A stretch of 64,000 nt of DNA from a bacterium (GTDB lineage: Bacteria; Eisenbacteria; RBG-16-71-46; CAIMUX01), in NCBI GenBank assembly GCA_030431975.1, contig JAUIHP010000008.1:44318-108317 (forward strand), in the 5' to 3' direction. Below, in pieces: positions 38,247 through 45,487 of the stretch. How positions within the stretch are numbered: the stretch's first letter is position 1; each line of letters starts with the position of its first letter. The position numbers and the translations under genes are program-made. The notes under the pieces were generated by a model. The model was not told the origin of the DNA. It searched no databases and saw only the letters and a list, made by a program, of their open reading frames with translations.

Positions 38247-40786
38247 TTCTCGACCTTCTCCTCTCCCCGCAGCAGTTGCGGGATCGTCTTTCGGATGGTC
38301 TCCATGTCCATTCCGAGTCCGCCAAATTTTCCGTAGTAGCCGTCGTAGAGTTCGGCCAGGTCGCGGTCTTCGTCCTGGCTGCCGTTGGCGAAGACCTGGC
38401 CCAGCCCCACGAGTCCCGGTCGGCACGAGTGGATGTAGGCCATGGTCCAGTCTTCCGTGTAGCTCGCTTCCTCGGCCAGTCGGGCACTGGGGCCCACCAG
38501 GCTCATCTGGCCGCGAATCACGTTCCAGAGATAGAGGACGCGGTCCAAACGCCAGCGACGCATGAAACCGAGCAGCGCCTTCTGACGGCCGTTGGGCTGT
38601 CCCTCCGACTGAACGCGGTAGCAAACGAAGATCGGTCCGGGAAGGTCGCGTTGGCGACGGTCGTTTCCGCGGCGGTCGATCGGAATGGCGGCGCCGTCCT
38701 CACCCCGCCGGCGACGGTCCTGCCTCCGGCGATTTCGTCCCAAACGCTCTTCGCGAACGAAACGGACCCGAGCGGATCCGGCCAGGCGATAGAGCAGCAG
38801 GCTGAGGAGAACGACCGGCATCAGGAGAAGGAGCAATCCGCCCGCGACCGCGACGTCGACGAAGCGTTTGACCTTGGGCTCCTTCTTCTGCCGGCGCACC
38901 CTACGCCGGTCCGGAGCCTCTTCGCCGAGAGTGACCGCTTCCCGCTGGTCCGGAAGCTGCGCGACCTCGATCTGACGGTACTCCGGAACAAGGGTGCCGA
39001 GCCCCTCCCGAAGTTCTTCGGCGCTGGCGTGGTGAGCCATGGCCACCAGTTGATCGACCTGCTTGCGGACGGACTCCGGCTCGACCGGATCCAGTTCCCA
39101 GTGGAAGATCTTTGCGTGCTTGGTCATCCGGGTCTGTTCGGAGTCGGAGAGCAGTTCCTCTTCCAGCTTCTCGCCCGGACGCAGACCGATGAAGCGAATG
39201 GGAATGTCGATGCCCGGACGCAGTCCCGAAAGCCGGATAAGCTGTTCGGCCACGTCGACGATGCGAACCTGCTCGCCCATGTCGAGGACGAAGACGTTGC
39301 CGCTCTCGCCGAGAAGTCCCGCCTGGATGACGAGCTGACTCGCCTCCGGAATGGTCATGAAATAACGGCGCGCTTCCGGATGGGTCACGGTCAGCGGGCC
39401 GCCTCCGGCAAGCTGACGTTTGAAGATGGGCAGCACCGAGCCTTCGCTTCCCAGTACGTTTCCGAAACGAACGGCGCAGAACTTCGTGTTCGACTTGCCG
39501 TCCATGGCCATGCCCTGAAGCACGATTTCGCAGGCGCGTTTCGACGCCCCCATGACGTTGGTCGGATTGACCGCCTTGTCCGTCGAGACAAGGACGACGG
39601 TCGCCACGCCGTGCCGGGCCGCCGCCTGGGCCACGTTGCGGGTGCCGTGAATGTTGTTGAGGATCGCTTCCCGCGGCGCGTTCTCGAGCAGGTTGACGTG
39701 CTTGTGCGCGGCCGCGTGAAAGACGAACTCCGGCTCGTGGATGCGCATCAGTTCGTCGACGCCGAACTCGTCCTTGACGTCCCCGACGGCGTAGAGCACT
39801 TCCAGCTCGCCGTGGTGTTCCGCCATCTCGAGACCCAGATAGGTCAGGCGATTCTCGTTGTGGTCGACGGCGACCAGCTTGGCCGGTTTGAACTTCGCGA
39901 GCTGGCGGCAGAGTTCCGAACCGATGGAGCCGGCAGCGCCCGTCACCAGAACCGTCTCTCCCCCGATTCGGTGGGAGATGCCTTCGAAGTCGACGGAGAC
40001 GGGATCACGTCCGAGGAGGTCCTCGATCCGGATCTCGCGGACCTGGCCGAGAGCGCCCTTGCCCCGGGTGTAGTCGGAGAGCGCGGGAACGGTACGGCAG
40101 GTAACGCCCGCTTCCTGGCAGTAGGTCACGATCTGTCGGACGAGCCCGGCCGGCGCGGATGGGGCCGCAATCAGGACTTCGTTGATCCGCCGCTCTTCGA
40201 TGAGATGAGGGATGTCGATCATCGCGCCGAGAACGGGCGTGTTCTGAATCTTCCGTCCCTTCTTGGCCGGGTCGTCATCGACGAAACCGATCGGGGCTTC
40301 CTGCCGCCTCTGCAGCTCGTTGGCCAGCGTGGCTCCGACATCGCCTGCCCCCGCGATGAGCACCCGCCCGTCGCTGGGAGCGAACCGGCGTCCCTGCGCG
40401 TTGCGGAGCATCTTCCACATGAGACGGCTGGCCAGAATCAGGCCGGTTCCCAGCATCCAAAGCAGGATGACGACGCTTTTGGGGAACGGCTGCTGGCCCG
40501 GAATGAGGTTGAGCAGGAAGACAACGAAAAACCCGAAGAACATCGTCCGGAAGATGGAGAGGAACGTCGAGGTTCCGGCGTATCGCCACAGGGTCCGGTT
40601 GACTCCGCTCAAGTTGAGCAGGATCAGGATGCCAAGGATGTAGAACGGGGCGACCCGTCCATACGAGTCGAGAAAGCGTGCGGGGATGTCACCGTCGAAG
40701 CGGAGCGCAAGCGAGGCCACGCCAGCGGCCGCCAGGAGCCCCGCGTCGATTAGATTGAGAACGACAAGTTTCCATCGGCGCGTCAA
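38243..40786 (-). CDS. fusion: membrane-anchored PglF/CapD/WbpM-like UDP-sugar 4,6-dehydratase + C-terminal degenerate phosphoglycosyl-transferase domain
   Basis: 4 N-terminal TMs, VLIAGAGDVG, VLVTGAAGSIGSEL, STDKAVNPTNVMGASKR, VRFGNVLGSEGSV (CapD). Then KRFVDVAVAGGLLLLLMPVVLL plus RLDRVLYLWNVIRGQMSLVGPSA (PGT-like, with DE changed to DR and PRP changed to PSA) and an Arg-rich insert RNRRRQDRRRRGED...RRGNDRRQRD. Confidence 0.85.
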   Translation of the reverse strand: MTRRWKLVVLNLIDAGLLAAAGVASLALRFDGDIPARFLDSYGRVAPFYILGILILLNLSGVNRTLWRYAGTSTFLSIFRTMFFGFFVVFLLNLIPGQQPFPKSVVILLWMLGTGLILASRLMWKMLRNAQGRRFAPSDGRVLIAGAGDVGATLANELQRRQEAPIGFVDDDPAKKGRKIQNTPVLGAMIDIPHLIEERRINEVLIAAPSAPAGLVRQIVTYCQEAGVTCRTVPALSDYTRGKGALGQVREIRIEDLLGRDPVSVDFEGISHRIGGETVLVTGAAGSIGSELCRQLAKFKPAKLVAVDHNENRLTYLGLEMAEHHGELEVLYAVGDVKDEFGVDELMRIHEPEFVFHAAAHKHVNLLENAPREAILNNIHGTRNVAQAAARHGVATVVLVSTDKAVNPTNVMGASKRACEIVLQGMAMDGKSNTKFCAVRFGNVLGSEGSVLPIFKRQLAGGGPLTVTHPEARRYFMTIPEASQLVIQAGLLGESGNVFVLDMGEQVRIVDVAEQLIRLSGLRPGIDIPIRFIGLRPGEKLEEELLSDSEQTRMTKHAKIFHWELDPVEPESVRKQVDQLVAMAHHASAEELREGLGTLVPEYRQIEVAQLPDQREAVTLGEEAPDRRRVRRQKKEPKVKRFVDVAVAGGLLLLLMPVVLLSLLLYRLAGSARVRFVREERLGRNRRRQDRRRRGEDGAAIPIDRRGNDRRQRDLPGPIFVCYRVQSEGQPNGRQKALLGFMRRWRLDRVLYLWNVIRGQMSLVGPSARLAEEASYTEDWTMAYIHSCRPGLVGLGQVFANGSQDEDRDLAELYDGYYGKFGGLGMDMETIRKTIPQLLRGEEKVEK

Positions 40787-41152
40787 AGGAGCACTCCTAA
40801 GGGCATGCGGCCTCTCATGGTGCAGTCAGTCATTGTCTCTCTCAGCTCGAGTCAGGTCAAACCCCGACTGGACAAACCAGTGCCGGCCCGGGGCCACCCG
40901 CGGCCACGACGCTTCCCACGTCTGTCTCTTCGTCCGTTGACCGTGTTTTCTTTCACCCAGTTACGCCTCCCGACCCGACTCTCTGAAGGGAAGTCACCGC
41001 GAGAGCGGCTTCCGGCCGTCGGCAGAAAACGGGTATCCCGCAATTATGGCACAACGCCATGTGAGGGCGGAGTTTGGAAAACGTAGCTCAATCAGTTTCT
41101 CATCCGTCCGGCAGTAGGGCTCACCTTGACGGCCCTGCCGGGAGGTTCGAGA

Positions 41153-41977
41153 ATGGCAAGCGGCAGTTTTTTCCGGCGACGACAGGGATGGGACATGGAC
41201 GACTTCGGCGATCAATCCACAGATCCGGCATCGGGCGAGAAAGAAGTTCAGCGAGACGCGCAGCGACAAGCTGATCGAAAGGAGCCCGGCTTCCCGGCCC
41301 GGGTCTTCGCCCTCTTCACCCAGCCTCGCGCCGCCTTCGGGCGCCCCCGGGGACCGGCGTTCTGGATTCCACCCCTGATCCTCTTCATCGTGACCATCGT
41401 CGCATCGTCCGTCCTGCTTGCGGATCTGAACAACCAGATGGTGGTCGAATTCGTCGAGGACTCGACGTTCATGAGCGATGCCGACAAAGAGCGGGCACTG
41501 GAGTCGATGGAGGTCGAGCCTTCCGTCGGACGTTCGATCTTGAACGGACTCTTCGGTGCAGGTTTCAGCGTGCTCGTTTCGATCTTCCTTCTGGGAGCGC
41601 TCTACTACGCCGGTGTCAACTTCGGTCTGGGAGCGACCGCCGGCTATTTCGACATTGTCGGTGTGCTCTCGCTTTCGTCCGTCGCTCTAGCCTTGCGGGA
41701 GTGGATCACCCTACCGATCAAACTGGCGCAGCAGACCCTTCAGATCTACACCGGCCCCGCCGCGCTCTTCGAACCCGGATCCTCGATACCGTTCATCATC
41801 GCCGGATTCTTCGACGTCTTCGATCTCTTCAATCTGTTTCTCATCACGGTCGGGTTGTCGGTGGTGGCCAAGATTCGGTGGCAGCGCACGGTGATCATCG
41901 TGGGCGTCTTCTGGATTCTATGGTGCGGGATGCGGCTGATTGCCAAGCTCAGCCCGTTGGGAGCGCTGACCTCGTAG
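41153..41977 (+). CDS. Yip1-domain membrane protein
   Basis: SD GGAGG lies 7 nt before ATG 41153. Five hydrophobic helices after a charged N-terminus, a typical Yip1/DUF1282 topology. Confidence 0.6.
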   Translation: MASGSFFRRRQGWDMDDFGDQSTDPASGEKEVQRDAQRQADRKEPGFPARVFALFTQPRAAFGRPRGPAFWIPPLILFIVTIVASSVLLADLNNQMVVEFVEDSTFMSDADKERALESMEVEPSVGRSILNGLFGAGFSVLVSIFLLGALYYAGVNFGLGATAGYFDIVGVLSLSSVALALREWITLPIKLAQQTLQIYTGPAALFEPGSSIPFIIAGFFDVFDLFNLFLITVGLSVVAKIRWQRTVIIVGVFWILWCGMRLIAKLSPLGALTS

Positions 41978-42011
41978 CCTGAGGGCCGTCCGCCGGGAGG
42001 ACCGTCGCCGG

Positions 42012-42073
42012 TCGTGCCGGCCGTGTTGGTCGTGCCCGCCGTGTCGGTCGTGCGGGCCGTGCCGGTCGTGAAC
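42012..42073. repeat. 18-bp tandem repeat x 3.4 (GGTCGTGCCGGCCGTGTT) in a convergent intergenic region
   Basis: Read directly. Followed by a 28-bp-spaced direct repeat AACTCTCGGCGGG at 42073 and 42101. Confidence 0.9.
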
Positions 42074-42187
42074 TCTCGGCGGGAGCGATGTCGCTTGAAA
42101 CTCTCGGCGGGGGAATGTCGGTCGTTATCGCCGCACTCACCCCCCCATTTGCGAAACGTAAGCTGTAGCGATCAGACAATCAGGCGA

Positions 42188-42718
42188 TCAGGCCCGCAGG
42201 AGCAGTTGCAGGAACATGTCCTGGTGCAGTTGCCATTCCTCCTGATCCTTCATCACGAACTGGACGAGGTCGATCCTGCGGCCTTCCTCGAGCGTCTCCA
42301 TAAGCGCCTTGAGCACCTCTTTCATCGCGACCATGGCATCCCCGTGAACCCCGTGATGCAACGGATGAATGAGAATCTCTCGGATCTTCTTGGTTTCGCA
42401 CTGCTCGATGAGGGCCTGGGTGGCCTTTCCCCCGGCCTCGGGCACCCACGTCAGGTCCTGTCCGCAAACGGCGAGGTGGAAGAGCGTCTCGAAGCCGGTT
42501 CCCGTTCCTGGAGTGGAAACGGTTTCTCCTGCCGCGACCGGACCCTGGCGGACCGCTTCCAACTCGAGGTCGTTACCCAGTGACTTCTTGAGTTCGAGAC
42601 CGGGTCCAGCGCCCATCCAAAGGTGGTCGTTGGCGGGGATGGCCAAAGCCGGCCCCTCCTTCGGCATCTTCTCGGCGAGCACCCATCCAATCCGGCTGTT
42701 GACTACGTTGAAGGTCAC
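42188..42718 (-). CDS. macro-domain (ADP-ribose-binding/processing) protein
   Basis: LAIPANDHLWMGAGPGLELKK (AN-x-L-x2-G-G-G-like) and a later IHPLHHGVHG segment match macro-domain layout. Confidence 0.55.
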   Translation of the reverse strand: MTFNVVNSRIGWVLAEKMPKEGPALAIPANDHLWMGAGPGLELKKSLGNDLELEAVRQGPVAAGETVSTPGTGTGFETLFHLAVCGQDLTWVPEAGGKATQALIEQCETKKIREILIHPLHHGVHGDAMVAMKEVLKALMETLEEGRRIDLVQFVMKDQEEWQLHQDMFLQLLLRA

Positions 42719-42736
42719 GAGTATTCCTCTCCTACC

Positions 42737-43951
42737 ATGACGGGCTATTGGCTAAGCCGAGCTCTGCTCTTCGGAGCAATCCTGCTCCTGACCCTGACCC
42801 TCTATCCGCTGGTCGGGCCGCTTCCGTTCTTTCTGGCTGCCTGTATCCTGTGGGTTCCGCTTCGGCGCACCGACGAAGGGCATGCCGTCCTTGGAGTCCT
42901 GCTCCTTCTGACGACGTTTTGGATTCTCCACCAGCTGAGGTGGATTGTCTATCCTCTGGTCGCCGGGATGCTGATCGCGTACTGGTTGGATCCGCTCGTC
43001 GATCGCTTCGAGAACTGGAAAATCCCTCGTGCCGCCGGAGCCGCGGTTTCTCTGCTTCCGATCGGACTCTTCATCGCGCTGGTCATCGTCGTTCTGGTGC
43101 CGACTCTCGTCGGGCAGTTTGAAGAGATTGCGGAGAAGATTCCCGGCGCCGTTGACAGCATCCAACGATCTTTGCGCCCCCATGTGGAGCGTCTGACCCT
43201 CTTCGGTACCAACGCCGAAGGAACGCCTGCGTGGCTGGAGCGGCTGCTCGGGCATGTCGAATCGATTCTCGAGGCGGCCGTCACCGGCGTCACCGGCTTG
43301 TCGCGTGGGGTCACCCGGGCCATTCAGTGGTTGGGGATGATCTTCCTCACTCCTGTGCTCGCCTATTACCTGTTGGTCGACTGGGACCGGATCCGTAACG
43401 GCATCGTCGGCCTCGTTCCGCCGCGTCATCGCGCCACGACGGAGAAGGTGAACGATGACATTCAGGACATCCTTCCCCGCTACCTTCGGGGTCAGTTCAT
43501 CGTCGCCGGAATCCAGACGGTCCTCTTCAGCGTCGGGTTTCTTCTGGCGGGTCTTCCCGAGGCCCTGGCACTCGGCTTCCTGGCCGGGATCTTCTCGCTC
43601 ATTCCTGTACTCGGGCTTTGGCTGACAGTGATCGTCGTCGGTCTTTCGGCCGCCATCACGCCGGACCCGCTGATCTCGCTGGCCAAGGTCGGGGGCGTCC
43701 TCCTGGTCGTGCAGTTTCTGGAGGGACAGGTTCTGGTGCCTCGAATCCAGGGGACCGGACTGGGCCTGCATCCCTTCCTCGTCCTGCTGGCTGTGCTCGC
43801 GTCCGGTCTATTGATGGGCTTCGTCGGGGTCATCCTGGCCGTGCCGCTTTTGGCCGTGGCGGCGGCATCCTGGCCGCGCATTCGGCAGGCCTACGTCGAG
43901 AGCTCGCTCTATCAGGGCCCGCCGGAGTCTACGGCGGCGCAGTCGGAGTAG
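42737..43951 (+). CDS. AI-2E family transporter (PerM/UPF0118)
   Basis: Trimmed to ATG 42737. About 8 TMs. YLRGQFIVAGIQTVLFSVGF, LIPVLG and FLEGQVLVPRI motifs. Confidence 0.85.
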   Translation: MTGYWLSRALLFGAILLLTLTLYPLVGPLPFFLAACILWVPLRRTDEGHAVLGVLLLLTTFWILHQLRWIVYPLVAGMLIAYWLDPLVDRFENWKIPRAAGAAVSLLPIGLFIALVIVVLVPTLVGQFEEIAEKIPGAVDSIQRSLRPHVERLTLFGTNAEGTPAWLERLLGHVESILEAAVTGVTGLSRGVTRAIQWLGMIFLTPVLAYYLLVDWDRIRNGIVGLVPPRHRATTEKVNDDIQDILPRYLRGQFIVAGIQTVLFSVGFLLAGLPEALALGFLAGIFSLIPVLGLWLTVIVVGLSAAITPDPLISLAKVGGVLLVVQFLEGQVLVPRIQGTGLGLHPFLVLLAVLASGLLMGFVGVILAVPLLAVAAASWPRIRQAYVESSLYQGPPESTAAQSE

Positions 43952-44049
43952 CCATGTAGGTAACAGAAGGCGCCGTCCGGCATGAAGCGGAACGGACCTC
44001 GGGTCTCAACCCGGAAGACACGGATCGAGAGAACGACCGTCGCAATCGC

Positions 44050-44548
44050 AAATTTGCAAATGCACGATAATCTTACCGATCCCGGACTTATGCAGACGGC
44101 CACACCCGCAGCGGGTGCAAAAGCCTGATAACCTCACGTTTCTCGGGCTTATGCAGACGGCCGCACCCGGCAAGCGAGCAAACGCCCGATAATCGCACCG
44201 ATCCCGGACTTATGCAGCCGGCCGCACCCCGTAGCGGGTGCAAATGCCCGATAATCACACCAATCCCGGTCTTATGCAGACGGTCACACCCATAGCGGGT
44301 GCAAGTGCGCGATAACCTCACCGATCCCGGACTTATGCAGACGGCCACACCCGCAGCGGGTGCAAATGCCCGATAATCACACCGATCCCGGACTTATGCG
44401 GACAGCCACACCCGCAGCGGGTGCAAGTGCGCGATAACCTCACCGATCCCGGACTTATGCAGACGGCCACACCCGTAGCGGGTGCAAATGCACGATAGCC
44501 TCACCGATCCCGGACTTATGCGGACAGCCACACCCGCAGCGGGTGCAA
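44050..44548. repeat. tandem array, about 61 bp x 8 (array 2), same family and orientation as array 1
   Basis: Consensus GATAAyCwCACCGATCCCGGACTTATGCAGACGGCCACACCCGCAGCGGGTGCAArTGCnC, each with the CACCCGC-A-GCGGGTG palindrome. Alternating unit subtypes suggest a 122-bp super-period. Lies between convergent genes. Confidence 0.97.
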
Positions 44549-44648
44549 GGGGGGCGGCGGTTCCACTGTGCGGTTGCCCATTCGACGTGGAAGGGGCGGG
44601 ATGATGGATCGGAAGCATGCGTGGGTCAGACTCCCACCTGTGGCGGAT

Positions 44649-44779
44649 CAAGCGAACCGGGGAATCGAGCGAATCGGGGAATCAATTGAATCGGGGAATG
44701 ACTTAAATCGGGCGAGTCAAACGAATCGCGGGGATCAGGACAATCAAGCGAATCGGGCGAATTGAATGAATCGGTGGGC
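44649..44779. repeat. degenerate ~17-bp tandem repeat x ~7 (core GAATCGGGGAAT)
   Basis: caagcgaaccggggaat, cgagcgaatcggggaat, caattgaatcggggaat, gacttaaatcgggcgag and so on, read directly. Confidence 0.85.
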
Positions 44780-44812
44780 TCCAGACAATCGATTCAATCA
44801 AGCTGAACCAGG

Positions 44813-45358
44813 TCAGATATGCATCCCGCCCTTCATCCATTCGGGAGCGAACGGAAGGGCGCTCCAGCGTTCGGCCAGATGATGTCCGATGTCGTTCGGG
44901 AGGACCGAGGCTGCGGCCTCTACGCCTGGACCGAGGTACGGCAGGACTTTGGAATCAGCGAGAGTCGTACTTCCCTCGTCGGCCAACAAGACGAGAGCGC
45001 CGGCCAGGACGATAACCAGAAGAAATCCTCGAAGCGCTCCGACGCCCAACCCCATGAGCCGGCTGGGAAAGCCGGGCGACTTCCCTTCCCAAACGTGTGC
45101 GAGGAGTCCGCCGGCGAGCACGGTCAGGGCGAAGACGGCCAGGAAGAGTGCCACGAACAAGATGGCAAGACCGATCTCGGTTTGAATGAAGCTGACGCCG
45201 ATCTGCTCGGCCAGGTCACCGGTGAAGCGCATTCCGGCCACGACGCCGAGGACGAGCCCGACCAGTGAAAACAGCTCGCGGAAGAACCCGTTGCGGAGGC
45301 CGGCCAGGGCCGTGAGAACGAAGGCCAGAGCCAATAGAATGTCGACCAGTACCGTCAT
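44813..45358 (-). CDS. cvpA: CvpA-family membrane protein
   Basis: MTVLVDILLALAFVLTALAGLRNGFFRELFSLVGLVLG, a typical CvpA N-terminus. 4 TMs. Confidence 0.8.
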   Translation of the reverse strand: MTVLVDILLALAFVLTALAGLRNGFFRELFSLVGLVLGVVAGMRFTGDLAEQIGVSFIQTEIGLAILFVALFLAVFALTVLAGGLLAHVWEGKSPGFPSRLMGLGVGALRGFLLVIVLAGALVLLADEGSTTLADSKVLPYLGPGVEAAASVLPNDIGHHLAERWSALPFAPEWMKGGMHI

Positions 45359-45487
45359 GGAAAGCGTCCTTTCCCCCCATTCACGGTTGAATCTTGCGCG
45401 CAGCTCTCGAGACGGTCCGCAATAACCGGGTTCGAACTTACCCTGTCCCGAGCCCGAACTCGTTCCGCTTCGGCCGCAGTTCCTCTC

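Noticed and set aside
40871-40886. Possible sigma-54 promoter for the big operon (minus strand CGGCAC-N5-TTGTC); also TGGCAC at 41047-41052 on the plus strand
   Set aside because: The -24 element is acceptable, but the -12 position does not give GC at the required GG-N10-GC spacing in either case. This is not good enough to call without a PWM scan or TSS data.
42188-42718. Macro-domain gene as part of a defence or toxin-antitoxin module
   Set aside because: There is no partner (ADP-ribosyltransferase, SIR2, nuclease or similar) adjacent. The neighbours are a Yip1 protein and an AI-2E transporter on the other strand, so I treat it as a stand-alone housekeeping macro domain.
44088-44651. Minus-strand ORFs of 85-86 aa with reiterated CISPGSVRLS (similar ORF at 18511-18723)
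   Set aside because: They are generated by the 61-bp repeat staying open in one frame. The protein periodicity equals the DNA periodicity and no start context is present.
45428-45437. GGGTTCGAAC resembling a tRNA T-loop
   Set aside because: The flanking sequence cannot form T-arm, acceptor or anticodon stems. No tRNA is present.
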